From a virus (taxonomy: Duplodnaviria > Caudoviricetes): a DNA stretch of 64,000 nt. Below, piece by piece: positions 28,510-38,164 of this stretch. The translations under genes and the position numbers were made by a program. Under the pieces are notes generated by a model, which did not search any database, had not been told where the DNA came from, and saw nothing but the letters and a program-made list of their open reading frames with translations. Location: positions 1 to 64,000 of the IMG/VR virus record IMGVR_UViG_3300020576_005251; one strand, given 5' to 3'. Positions within the stretch are counted from its first letter, which is position 1. Every line of letters starts with the position of its first letter.

Positions 28510-31275
28510 TCAGCCGCAGCCGCCGCTCGCTCCGCACGACGGGCACGTGTAGCACGCCCCCGTACGCACCATGATCGTGCCGCAAACGCGGCAGGCGGGC
28601 GAGTCGTTGGACTGCATCGCGGCCTGAGCGCTGGGCGACAGGAGCGTGATGACCTGGGCACGCTGAGGCACTTCCTCCTCGACCTCCCCCTGCACGTGCT
28701 GGAGGTCCGTGCGCTTGAGGTAGTGCACCGCCAGCACGCGCATCACGAGGTCGACGATCGAGGTCGATCGGCGGATCGTGTCGTGCTTCTGGACCGTGCC
28801 CGAGGGCTCGAAGCGGGTGAAGGTGAACGCCTCGACGAAGGTCGCCAGCGGTACGCCGTATTGCAAGCCGAGGCTCAGCGCCTTGGCCCACATGCCGACG
28901 AGACCGCCCAGGGTCGAGCCCTGCTTGGCGAGGTCCACGAAGACCTCACCGAGGGCGCCGTCCTCGAACTCCCCCGAGCGGATGTAGATCTTGTGGCCGT
29001 CGAGGTTGACGGCCCAGGTCAGCCCGCGACGGACCGTGGGGAGCTTGTGACGCTGGCCTTCGCGGAGGGGGCGCTCGACGCTGAACTCCTCCAGAGCCTC
29101 GACGAGACTCGGGCCCTCGGCCTTTGTCTCCTCCACGCCCTTCGCCTTGGTCGTCACAGGCTGGCTGTTCTTGCACCCATCCCGATAGACCGCGAGCGCC
29201 TTGATGCCGCTCGACCACGCCTGGAGGTAGTAGCTCCCGATCTCCTCTGCCGTGGTGTCGTTGGGCAGGTTGACCGTCTTGGAGATGGCGCCGCTGAGGA
29301 ACGGCTGGACCGCCGCCATCATCGCGAGGTGGCCGTGGGCCGAGATCACGCGACCTCCCGGCGTCGGTGCGAGGGCGGTGTCGAACACCGGGAGGTGCTT
29401 GGGGTCCAGCCCCGGAGCACCCTCCACGGAGCCCGTCTGTTCGAGATGCTGGAGGATGCTGGCCACCGCCTCCGGCGCGTACCGCAGCGCCTCCAGCGTC
29501 ATGCGCGTCAGCGGCGACGCGATGCGCACGTCGCCGCCGCCCGCGAGCTGCTTGTACTGCACGTGACTCAGGAGCGGCTCAATCCCCGTGGTCGTACAGT
29601 CCATCAGGAAGCTGATGGTTCCCGTCGGCGCGAGGAGCGTGAGCTGTGCGTTGCGCAGTCCGTAGGTCTGGATGAGGTCCGCCGCCAGATCCCAGGTAAG
29701 GTGCCCGCCGCCGTGCAGGTGCTTGGTGTGCTTCTGGAACACGTGCCACACCCCCTCCTTGTCGGCCTCGTACCCCGCGAACGGCCCCATCCGCGCCGCC
29801 AGCTGGGCGCTGGTCAGGAACGCTGCGCCCATCATCGACGCCGTGATGTTCTGGGCGAACGCGCGGCCCTGGTCGCTGTCGTAGGCCATTCCCCGGATCG
29901 CGAGGAGCGCGCCCAGGTTGGCGTAGCCGAGGCCCAGCTGGCGGTACTTGTTGGCACCTTCCGCGATGGCCTTGGTGGGGTAGCTGGAGAAGGACACCAG
30001 GATGTCCTGGGCGATGATGAACACGCGCGCTGCGGCCTGGAGCTTGTCGTGGTCGAAGTACCCCTGATCGAGGAACTTCACGAGATTCAGGCTCGCGAGG
30101 TTGCACGCGGAGTTGTCCAGGTGGGCGTACTCCGAACAGGGGTTGGTCGCGTTGATCCGCCCACCGTTCGGGGTGGGGTTCCAGGCGTTGAACGTGTCGT
30201 CGAAGTGGATGCCGGGGTCGGCGCAGAACCACGCGGCGTACGCGAGCTTGTCCCACAGCGCGCGGGCCCTCACCGTCTTGACGACGCGCCCATCGACGCG
30301 CGACGTGAGGTTGAACTCCGCGTTGTCCACGACTGCACGCATGAACTTGTCAGACACGCGCACCGAGTTGTTGGCGTTCTGACCATCCACGGTCTTGTAC
30401 GCCTCCCCCTCCATGTCCCCGCTCCATCCGGCCGCGATGAGGTCTCGCGCCTTCTTCTCCTCCTTCACCTTCCAGTCGATGAACTCCTCGATCTCGGGGT
30501 GATCGACATCCAGCACGACCATCTTGGCCGCACGACGGCTGGTGCCGCCCGAGGCCACGGAGCCCGCCGCCCGGTCGAACACCGGGAGGAACGACATCAG
30601 GCCCGAGGCGCGGCCCCCGGGCGAGAGCTTGGCGTCCTTCTCCCGGAGCTTGGAGAAGTTTGCGCCCGAACCCGATCCGAACTTGAAGAGGCGCATCTCC
30701 GCCTTGACGAAGTCCGCGATCCCTCCCGGCTCGACGAGGGAGTCGTCGATCGTGTGGATGAAGCAGGCCGAGCACTGCGGGCGCTTGTAGGCGGCGTCCA
30801 CCTGCTCGACTTCGCCGTTCTCGTTCACGGCCCAGTTGCCCGGACCTCCGGGGATCTTGTAGGCGTGCCAGCGGCGCACGTTGAACCAGACCGGGGAGTT
30901 GAAGGCGCCGTACTGGTGGATGAGCAGGTAGGCGAGGTCGTTCTCGAAGGCGATGCGCTCATTCGTGTGCCTGAAGTACCCGAACGTGTGCCCTGCCATG
31001 CCGATCGTCTTCACCACGCCTTCGATCATCGCGAAGACGCTGTCCTCCGTAACCGCCTCGGTGTGGATGAAGTACTTCTGCGCCGCGAAGTTGACGGCGG
31101 TGTCAGACCAGAAGTCGGGCGCTTCGACGTTCTCCTGCTTGAAGATGACCTCGCCGTTCATCCGGGCGATCCGAGCCGTCCGTCGCGTACGGTGGATCGC
31201 ACTGAAGGGGGAGTCGGTCTTGCAGAAGTAGGGCTCGTAGGTCCAGGACTGTGTCTTGCTCTTTGTTTCTGTCAT
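28510..31275 (-). CDS. nrdJ: Class II (adenosylcobalamin-dependent) ribonucleotide reductase with C-terminal TSCPD-like domain and Zn ribbon
   Basis: FNSPVWFN, QCSACFI, GSGSGAN, RRAAKM, TNPCSEY, ACNLASLN, LGLGYANLG, APTGTIS, GAISKTVN, YRDGCK and C-terminal CRVC...CPSCG. ATG 31275 has a GAAGG SD. Confidence 0.95.
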   Translation of the reverse strand: MTETKSKTQSWTYEPYFCKTDSPFSAIHRTRRTARIARMNGEVIFKQENVEAPDFWSDTAVNFAAQKYFIHTEAVTEDSVFAMIEGVVKTIGMAGHTFGYFRHTNERIAFENDLAYLLIHQYGAFNSPVWFNVRRWHAYKIPGGPGNWAVNENGEVEQVDAAYKRPQCSACFIHTIDDSLVEPGGIADFVKAEMRLFKFGSGSGANFSKLREKDAKLSPGGRASGLMSFLPVFDRAAGSVASGGTSRRAAKMVVLDVDHPEIEEFIDWKVKEEKKARDLIAAGWSGDMEGEAYKTVDGQNANNSVRVSDKFMRAVVDNAEFNLTSRVDGRVVKTVRARALWDKLAYAAWFCADPGIHFDDTFNAWNPTPNGGRINATNPCSEYAHLDNSACNLASLNLVKFLDQGYFDHDKLQAAARVFIIAQDILVSFSSYPTKAIAEGANKYRQLGLGYANLGALLAIRGMAYDSDQGRAFAQNITASMMGAAFLTSAQLAARMGPFAGYEADKEGVWHVFQKHTKHLHGGGHLTWDLAADLIQTYGLRNAQLTLLAPTGTISFLMDCTTTGIEPLLSHVQYKQLAGGGDVRIASPLTRMTLEALRYAPEAVASILQHLEQTGSVEGAPGLDPKHLPVFDTALAPTPGGRVISAHGHLAMMAAVQPFLSGAISKTVNLPNDTTAEEIGSYYLQAWSSGIKALAVYRDGCKNSQPVTTKAKGVEETKAEGPSLVEALEEFSVERPLREGQRHKLPTVRRGLTWAVNLDGHKIYIRSGEFEDGALGEVFVDLAKQGSTLGGLVGMWAKALSLGLQYGVPLATFVEAFTFTRFEPSGTVQKHDTIRRSTSIVDLVMRVLAVHYLKRTDLQHVQGEVEEEVPQRAQVITLLSPSAQAAMQSNDSPACRVCGTIMVRTGACYTCPSCGASGGCG

Positions 31276-31282
31276 GGGTCCT

Positions 31283-31849
31283 TCAGATGCTGGGTGTGAG
31301 GCGCACGCGCGGGGCCCTCTTGGGGGGCGGCGTGCGCAGTTGCTTGAGCACTTCGGCGGCGTGCCTTGTGCTCGGGAGACACTTTGTTGTGAAGCTGTAA
31401 GCAAGGTGCGCGAGGATCGCCGCGTCAGCGGCGTCGTCATCATCTTCGCCAACCTCGGCGCGTAGCTTCCGTACGGCGTATTGGATCATGTCCGCCTTCT
31501 CCGCCGCACCATTGCCAGTGGCGTACTTCTTCAGTGAAGAGGGAGGGACAACGAGGGCCTCGACGCCGTATCGCTCATGAATGAGTTGCCGGAGCACTCC
31601 CGAAGCCTCGCCCATGTCGTACTCTCGATGGGTGCTGGCGAGGCTCGGACCTTCGATCGCAGCGGAGTGTGCCTCCGGGAACTCTTGAAGCACCGCCAGG
31701 GCTTCCGCGCGGATCTTGCTAAGTCGAGCTGCCCCTCGTATGGTAGATCCTATGCTAAGGGTGACCGCGCGACGGGGCTCTCCGTCTACCGCTACTGACA
31801 GCGCAGGCGCTCGCAAACCCGGATCGACCCCAACCGACACATGAGCCAC
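31283..31849 (-). CDS. ruvC: RuvC-like Holliday junction resolvase
   Basis: VGVDPG, AAIEG, PSSLKKYATGNGAAEK and DDAADA. GTG 31849 has a GGAG SD. Confidence 0.85.
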   Translation of the reverse strand: MAHVSVGVDPGLRAPALSVAVDGEPRRAVTLSIGSTIRGAARLSKIRAEALAVLQEFPEAHSAAIEGPSLASTHREYDMGEASGVLRQLIHERYGVEALVVPPSSLKKYATGNGAAEKADMIQYAVRKLRAEVGEDDDDAADAAILAHLAYSFTTKCLPSTRHAAEVLKQLRTPPPKRAPRVRLTPSI

Positions 31850-32764
31850 GACGTAACACTCCGGATCAGGCAACAAGGGTACGTTCGCTCGAACGGCTAT
31901 CAGGCGGTCCAGTGGGCGGTCACTGTGCCGGTGGTCGACCCCATCGGGACTCCGGCCATCGCCACCGACCCGGGCAGCTACGCCCCGCTCTACGTGATCG
32001 ACACCGCTGGAGAGCGCGAGACATTACGGCGTATTGCCACCCTCCAGGACTATCAGGCGCTCCCCCGCTCCGAGCTGAAGTACTTCGACGTGCGGACGCT
32101 GGGTGCTGAAGGGCTCTCATGGTTCACCGATATGCAACTTGGCGACACGTTGCGCATCTTGGGACAGCCGCCCCACTGGGTACAGGATCAGGTTCCGTAC
32201 ACCGACTGGGACTTTGTCATTGATGACGTATCGTATCGCACCACAGGCGGGTCACCAAGCGTTCAAGTCGGAAAGACCATCACGCTGCCTGGGTACACCT
32301 TCACACCGGATGACATCGGACGCTGGGTGGAGCTGGTCGGGTTCGCAACCACGCAGTACAACGGGTTGACGCAGATCCTGAGCTACACCGGCAACGTCGC
32401 CACCGTGGACAAGAACTTCACCACCAATCAGTCTGGGTCAACGTGGCGATTCCCCTGGGTCCGCGTCCAGGAGGTGTTCTCTGGTCAGGAACCGCGCTAC
32501 TTCCCTACGCGGATGAAGAACCTGTCCTGGGCTCGCATTCGCGACGGCCTCACCATCTGCTCTGGCGTGGGCGGCGGCGCTACCTGCCGCGAGACCTCCG
32601 GAGCGCTCGTGAGGTCAGTCCGCTACACGGAACTCGCCCCCACACTTGAGGAGGGGCTTGCTCTCCTCGAATATTCGTACGCCGAAGTCCAGCGCCTCCA
32701 GCGCCAAGCTGTCCTCAGCGTCGACAGCTTCCTCCCCCTCACCACGCGAACGGTGGGCCCGTGA
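31841..32764 (+). CDS. Hypothetical virion protein
   Basis: FTPDDIGRWVEL..FATTQYNG..QILS resembles FSAADVGAWIKL..NQGTFRIV in 21790..25308, suggesting a shared structural module. Confidence 0.6.
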   Translation: MSHDVTLRIRQQGYVRSNGYQAVQWAVTVPVVDPIGTPAIATDPGSYAPLYVIDTAGERETLRRIATLQDYQALPRSELKYFDVRTLGAEGLSWFTDMQLGDTLRILGQPPHWVQDQVPYTDWDFVIDDVSYRTTGGSPSVQVGKTITLPGYTFTPDDIGRWVELVGFATTQYNGLTQILSYTGNVATVDKNFTTNQSGSTWRFPWVRVQEVFSGQEPRYFPTRMKNLSWARIRDGLTICSGVGGGATCRETSGALVRSVRYTELAPTLEEGLALLEYSYAEVQRLQRQAVLSVDSFLPLTTRTVGP

Positions 32765-33141
32765 CCGCACCCTGGGTAGAGATTCGTGAAGCGCGTGATC
32801 GGGACGGAGACCTCTACCGCGTCACGCTCACGATCGCGCAAGCACGTGAGATCCCCGACTGTCTGTTTGTGCTGGAGCGAGAGACTGACGCGTTCAATCG
32901 AGTCGCTTCCGTTCCGGACCTGGAGGTACTGCCGCGCACGAGCGAAGACGCCTTCTCGCAGCACCAGCCGCGCTACCTGAGCGCGACCGCCACCAAGAGC
33001 TTCGAGCGCCCCGGGGCCCTGGTGGAGTTCCTCAGTCACGTCAGGCTGCGTATCACCGACCTGACCCAGGTGTGGGCGGGTGAGGTCGATCTGGATATCC
33101 CCGGGCTGTCCGTGTACACTCTTCCGTCGGAGCCCATGTGA
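32761..33141 (+). CDS. Hypothetical protein
   Basis: Coupled ORF; RVASVPDL is similar to RIATLQDY and RVANVDDL in its neighbours. Confidence 0.6.
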   Translation: MTAPWVEIREARDRDGDLYRVTLTIAQAREIPDCLFVLERETDAFNRVASVPDLEVLPRTSEDAFSQHQPRYLSATATKSFERPGALVEFLSHVRLRITDLTQVWAGEVDLDIPGLSVYTLPSEPM

Positions 33142-34106
33142 CCACCCCTATTGCGATCCAGACGCGCCGTGTCGCCCCACAAGCTGACGGCAGTACGGCG
33201 TATGAGGTCACGACCCGGGTAACGGAGAAGCACGACCTACCCACGGCGAGCCTCTTCGTCGTGTCGATCACGGACCCGCTGAACCCCAAGTCGGACGCCC
33301 TCGCACGCGTCGCGTCCCCGATCGACTTGCGACGGCTGTCGGGGCTGCTCTATGTCCGAGTTGACGCGGCCTCGATCAACTACATCAACGCGGACCCCTT
33401 CGCCCGCGTCGCCAACGTCGACGACCTCACGGCCTACCAGACCGACCGGGCAGAGGCGGTGAGGCGTGGGCAAGGATTCTACCTCACGGACGCGTTCAGC
33501 GCGCTCTACACGGATCCGGCCACGGCCGACGCCGCCTACCGGCAGATCATCGCTCGCCTCTCTGAGCTGGTGACCAACTGGCGCGCGTACACGGCAGGGT
33601 TCGAGACCAATCCCACGCAGAGCTACCCGCTCCCATCTACGCCGCTCTCCGTGGAGGACCTGCGGCGCGCGGCGTACAGCGATGCAGTCACGATTCGGCA
33701 GCGCGCGGAAGCTGTTCACGAGGCAGCACAGGCCGCGTACGAGCACTGCGTCACCGACTGCGCCCTCGATCGCGCAGTCCACGCGATCTTGCTGAGGGAT
33801 GTGACCTTTCTGGAGCGCGCTCGGGCCCGAGTCGTTGCGATCACCGAGACCGACACCACGAACGCCAAGGACTTCGTGCTGAAGATCGGAGCGTTCGCCT
33901 CTGACTCGGAGAGCTACGAGAACCTTCTCACGCAGAAGCGCACAGATCTGAACACGTACGCCGTACGCGTCCAAGCCTGCCAGGACACCTGCGCACAGTT
34001 GCAAGTGTCTCGCGACAGCGCCCAGGCTGACGTGCGCCGCGCCCTGGCTGATGAACAACGGGCGCTCGCCGACGTGCGTGCCGTCTGTCCCACTTTCGTC
34101 CCCTGA
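33138..34106 (+). CDS. Hypothetical protein with C-terminal Cys-containing coiled coil
   Basis: Coupled ORF with a GGAG SD. Confidence 0.6.
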   Translation: MTTPIAIQTRRVAPQADGSTAYEVTTRVTEKHDLPTASLFVVSITDPLNPKSDALARVASPIDLRRLSGLLYVRVDAASINYINADPFARVANVDDLTAYQTDRAEAVRRGQGFYLTDAFSALYTDPATADAAYRQIIARLSELVTNWRAYTAGFETNPTQSYPLPSTPLSVEDLRRAAYSDAVTIRQRAEAVHEAAQAAYEHCVTDCALDRAVHAILLRDVTFLERARARVVAITETDTTNAKDFVLKIGAFASDSESYENLLTQKRTDLNTYAVRVQACQDTCAQLQVSRDSAQADVRRALADEQRALADVRAVCPTFVP

Positions 34107-34113
34107 GGAACCC

Positions 34114-35115
34114 ATGATCGACTTCTACAGCGACGCCGCCCACGCACACCTCCGCAAGCTCCTGGACCAGTTCCCCGGCACGCACGGGCTCCTGAAGAAC
34201 GCCGAGTTCGAAGACACCCGGGAAGAGATCCCTGTGAGCGCCTTCGCCGACTTGTCGGCGCAGCGCTTCCCCACGCACACCCCGGAGCATGCCGTGGTGT
34301 CGTTCCTCTACGCCCACGACCAGGGGGCGCCTGCGGGGGTCATGCACAAGATCGCGGAAGCGCTCTACGCCTACGGGGTCGATGCCAGCATCTTCGTCCC
34401 CGTCGAGAACGTGAAGGTCGCCTCGGCGTCGCGCAGCATCTTCGAGGATGGTACCTACCCCGTCAACACGGTGGAGCAGGTCAAGATGGCCGAGATGCGC
34501 CTCTTCGAGGAGGCGCACAAGATCAACCTGGACGCACGTGCCCGGGTGTTCAACAAGCTCGCGCACGCTGCCGAGGAGCTCGGGGTGGAGCTCACGCCAC
34601 GCGCCCAGGCGTGGGGCATGGCCGCGTACTGCAACCCGGAGGATCTGGCCCAGGCGGTGGAGGCCAGGAGCGCCCTGTGCAAGACCGCAGAGCTGAAGGT
34701 CGCGTACCGGGACCTCGCGAACAGCATCCACGAAGACCCCCACGCTGTGCGCGAATACGCCGTACGGGTCAAGGTCGCGGAGACCCTGGCGGAGATGGAT
34801 CAGCGGGCGGGCCTGGACGCCTACTACGAGCGGGCGATCCCCGACCCGCTGTGCAGCGTGTTCAACCGCCCCGCCAAGCTGGGCGAACAGCTGATGCACC
34901 TGGGCCCGAACACCTACGAGGCCAACCGCATCCTGGGCCTCCCCCTGAGCTTCTTTCACGACACGCTGGGTCCCGAGATCGTGTCGGAAGTCGCCCCTGG
35001 TGGCGTCCTCGATCCGGAGCTGCTGATGGCCATCCTGCCCACGCTGCCCGCCGACATGCTCGGGCCCCTGGAGCAAGGTCTCCAGAGCGCGGGGGTCCAG
35101 CCGACTGGCCTGTGA
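34114..35115 (+). CDS. Hypothetical head-associated protein rich in K-x-A motifs
   Basis: GAGGA SD, ATG 34114; contains KIA, KVA (three), KMA, KLA and KTA. Confidence 0.6.
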   Translation: MIDFYSDAAHAHLRKLLDQFPGTHGLLKNAEFEDTREEIPVSAFADLSAQRFPTHTPEHAVVSFLYAHDQGAPAGVMHKIAEALYAYGVDASIFVPVENVKVASASRSIFEDGTYPVNTVEQVKMAEMRLFEEAHKINLDARARVFNKLAHAAEELGVELTPRAQAWGMAAYCNPEDLAQAVEARSALCKTAELKVAYRDLANSIHEDPHAVREYAVRVKVAETLAEMDQRAGLDAYYERAIPDPLCSVFNRPAKLGEQLMHLGPNTYEANRILGLPLSFFHDTLGPEIVSEVAPGGVLDPELLMAILPTLPADMLGPLEQGLQSAGVQPTGL

Positions 35116-35789
35116 TGAGCGCCCACGAAGTCCTCCAACACCACCACGCTGCGTGCTCCTCCGCGTGGCGTGCGGTCGTCAAGCTGCTGGGTCCTGTGGC
35201 CCTCAACTTCGAGCCCGACACCTTTCGGATCGAGCTGGAACGGCGCGGCGTCGAGTGGACACCGAGCGTGGCCGCGAAGATCCTGGGCGCCCAGACGATC
35301 CAGGTCAGCCGCGAGTGGGTTCACAACTACGACGTGCTCTTCGCCTTTGCGGTCGCGGCCAGCGGCGTGTCCGCATCCAGCGACGGACACCACCATCCGA
35401 CCCCCGCTGAGCTTGCGTGGGCCGTGCTCGACATCGAAGAGCTCGTCGGCCAGAAGATGACCGACGACCACGGGTTCGATCCGGACCATGTGGATTCCGC
35501 CATCGCTGTGGTTCTTCACGACGATGGCTGGGTGTACACCCCGGATGCACTTCGATTCGCTCAGGCGTCGTTGGACCTGATCAATCACGACCCCAAGCAC
35601 ACGCTGCGCGATGAGGTCGCCCGGAAGTGGTCAGAGGTCAAAACCTTGGACGCCGAAACAGTACGCCGCGCCTACGCAGAGATCCCGGACAACGCGGTCA
35701 AGGTGCAGCTGGGCCACCTCTACGATTGCGCGACGGAGCTGAGCGCACGAGCGGCGCTGAGGGAACGACACCGCCATGAGCTCGCCTGA
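35115..35789 (+). CDS. Hypothetical protein upstream of the terminase
   Basis: C-terminal part of ORF 34611..35789; ATG 35115 overlaps the upstream TGA. Confidence 0.6.
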   Translation: MSAHEVLQHHHAACSSAWRAVVKLLGPVALNFEPDTFRIELERRGVEWTPSVAAKILGAQTIQVSREWVHNYDVLFAFAVAASGVSASSDGHHHPTPAELAWAVLDIEELVGQKMTDDHGFDPDHVDSAIAVVLHDDGWVYTPDALRFAQASLDLINHDPKHTLRDEVARKWSEVKTLDAETVRRAYAEIPDNAVKVQLGHLYDCATELSARAALRERHRHELA

Positions 35790-37440
35790 GGTAATCCGAC
35801 TCACGCGGTCGCAGATCGTCGAGCGGACGATCATGTGGGAGAACAAGCCTCTCTCCCTCAAGAACTACCCCATGTTCGTGGCCCCGTACGACGGGGTCTA
35901 CAAGAAAACGCTCCTGAAGTGTTCGCGTCAGGTCGGCAAGTCCATCAAGTTGATGGCCGACCTCATAACGGACTCGATCGGGAACGACTTCTACAAGTCG
36001 CTCTTCTCCACACCGTCGGAGGAGCAGACGAACAAGTTCTCTACGCTGCGCGTCGGCAAGGCGATCAAGTACTCGCCTCTGATCACCGCACGCTTCATCG
36101 ACCCCAGCCAGCCCAATCGAACCCTCACCCGTACGTTCACCAACGGGTCCGAGATCATCTTCACCTATGCCTGTGAGGATGGAGACCGCGTACGCGGTAA
36201 TCACGCCGACCACGTGATGCTGGACGAGGTGCAGGACACCCAGCTGGAGTCAGTCTACCCCGAGATTCGTGAGGTCCTGTCGAACAGCGAGATTCGTCGT
36301 GAGTCGTTCTGTGGCACGCCCAAGACCATGGAGAACGGCATCGAGCTGCTCTGGTCAAAGTCGTCGCAGACCGAGTGGGCGATGCCTTGCCAGGGGTGTG
36401 GTAAGTACTCAGTCATCGTCTCCGAGAAGCAGCTGGGGAAGTACGGCCCCATCTGCGGGCACTGCGGGAAGCACCTCAACCCGCGCCTGGGTATCTGGGT
36501 CGACACCAACACCGACAAAGATGTGGAGTACAAGGGCTTCCACATCAACCGACCCATCATGCTTCGCTGCGTGCAGGAAGCCTGGACCGACGAGGAGCGG
36601 AGAGAGAAGGCGCGCAAGGAGTGGACCGAGGATGTTCTCGGAAAGCTCTACGGAAGCATGCCCTACCCGCTGCCGAAGTTTCGCAACGAGGTGCTGGGGG
36701 TCTCGGACTCGATGGGGCTGCGCCTTGTCACCGAGGAGATGCTGTGGGAGGCGGCGGTCGGCCCTCCGATGTCCGACACACCCAACCCCACCTTGATGAA
36801 GGGTGTCATTCGGCGGTCGGCCGGGGTCGACTGGTCAGGCGGCGGGAAAGACGGCAAGTCTTTCACTGTGCTGGTCATCCTCGGACGCCTGGACACTGGG
36901 AAGATGCGCGTGCTGTTCTTCAAGATCTTCCCCGGCATCCACGCCGTGGAGGAGAACAAGGAGATCGTCCGCATCATCAAGAACTTCGATGTGGGCCAAG
37001 CGCTATTGGTGGGTGGCGACGCGGGCGAAGGCAACATGAACATGGACATGCTGCGCTCCGTACTGACGCCGAGGGAGCGGGTCGTCAAGTTCCGGTACGT
37101 GGGCCCCAACGCCAAGCACTACGTCGCATGGGACAAGCAGCGGGTGAGCTACCAGCTGAACCGCACGGTGGCGATCGATTCCATGATGATGGCGCTGGTG
37201 CGTCGCGAGATCGAGTTCCCCCGGGAGCCTACCGCGCTGCTGAAGACGGCCTTCGCGCACATCCTTGCGGAGTACGAAGAGACCACCTCACGCGAGGCAG
37301 GCGCCCGGAAGTTGTGGCGTCACTCGAACGTGGATCCTGATGACTTTCTGCACGCGCTGACGTTCGCACGTACCGCGCTACAGATCGCGAGCGGGGAGCT
37401 CAACCAGGGCAGTCAAGTCCCCGCCTACGAAGACGATTGA
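35776..37440 (+). CDS. terL: Terminase large subunit (GpA-like)
   Basis: Walker A CSRQVGKS, Walker B HVMLDEVQD, GTPK coupling motif, CxxC pairs, and nuclease GVDW...DDFLHA. Confidence 0.85.
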   Translation: MSSPEVIRLTRSQIVERTIMWENKPLSLKNYPMFVAPYDGVYKKTLLKCSRQVGKSIKLMADLITDSIGNDFYKSLFSTPSEEQTNKFSTLRVGKAIKYSPLITARFIDPSQPNRTLTRTFTNGSEIIFTYACEDGDRVRGNHADHVMLDEVQDTQLESVYPEIREVLSNSEIRRESFCGTPKTMENGIELLWSKSSQTEWAMPCQGCGKYSVIVSEKQLGKYGPICGHCGKHLNPRLGIWVDTNTDKDVEYKGFHINRPIMLRCVQEAWTDEERREKARKEWTEDVLGKLYGSMPYPLPKFRNEVLGVSDSMGLRLVTEEMLWEAAVGPPMSDTPNPTLMKGVIRRSAGVDWSGGGKDGKSFTVLVILGRLDTGKMRVLFFKIFPGIHAVEENKEIVRIIKNFDVGQALLVGGDAGEGNMNMDMLRSVLTPRERVVKFRYVGPNAKHYVAWDKQRVSYQLNRTVAIDSMMMALVRREIEFPREPTALLKTAFAHILAEYEETTSREAGARKLWRHSNVDPDDFLHALTFARTALQIASGELNQGSQVPAYEDD

Positions 37441-38142
37441 TCAGAAGAGGATCCCACCCGGCTCGCGCAGACGGCGCTCAGCCCAGACGGTCACCGCCTC
37501 CTTGACCGCGTCGTTGTTGACCTTGAAGTCAGGCCAGATCTCGGGGAACTGGGCCTTTCCCTCCGCCAGCACCCAGAGGGTGCGCAGCACGTCGGCCTCG
37601 GCACGGTGGGGCGGGAGCGGCGGGCCCTTGCAGACCTCCTCGTAGGTCGTGGAGAGCTTCCAGCCCCGACGCCCGGCCTTCTTCATGATCGCCCGCGAGA
37701 AGTCCATCACGTCCCAGCTGTGGCCCTCCCAGGGGGAGCCCTTGATGTCGTCCCCGTCGTACGGCGTACTGCCGCCCACCCGGGTGACCTTGTGGCGGGC
37801 GAGCTCCTCCCAGATGAACCCGGTGTCGAAGCGGGTGTTGTAGCCGACGATGGGCGCGCGGTGGAGGGTCTTCGCCATCTCGGCCCAGAGCTCGACGGCC
37901 TCCGGGGTGTCGCACTCCGGGGCGTCCTCCCAGTCGGCGTGCTTGGGGCGGTAGCCGTTGACCTCGTACGCCCGCGCCTCCCCGCGCGCGTAGTCTTCGA
38001 GGGACGGCCGGAACCGCACCGTGTGGATCAGGAAGTTGTCCCAGTTGTCATCATCGATGCGCGCGGCGGAGACCTCGATGATGCGGTGACGCTTGGGGTC
38101 GAGGCCAGTGGTCTCAGTGTCGGCTACGCTGATCGTTGTCAT
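37441..38142 (-). CDS. DEDDh 3'-5' exonuclease (DnaQ-like)
   Basis: ADTETTGL, GYNTRFD and HRAEADV motifs. Confidence 0.85.
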   Translation of the reverse strand: MTTISVADTETTGLDPKRHRIIEVSAARIDDDNWDNFLIHTVRFRPSLEDYARGEARAYEVNGYRPKHADWEDAPECDTPEAVELWAEMAKTLHRAPIVGYNTRFDTGFIWEELARHKVTRVGGSTPYDGDDIKGSPWEGHSWDVMDFSRAIMKKAGRRGWKLSTTYEEVCKGPPLPPHRAEADVLRTLWVLAEGKAQFPEIWPDFKVNNDAVKEAVTVWAERRLREPGGILF

Positions 38143-38164
38143 GCTGTGCTCGCTTTCTCGGGGG

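Noticed and set aside
28696-31299. 867-aa plus-strand ORF, and similar long ORFs such as 58445..60094 (-), 57098..58366 (-), 50583..52028 (+), 38093..39376 (+) and 46133..47545 (+)
   Set aside because: They are antisense shadows of well-supported genes, expected from high GC3 codon bias, and contain no motifs.
31276-31452. N-terminal extension of NrdJ in the ORF track
   Set aside because: It overlaps ruvC in another frame; the SD-supported ATG is at 31275.
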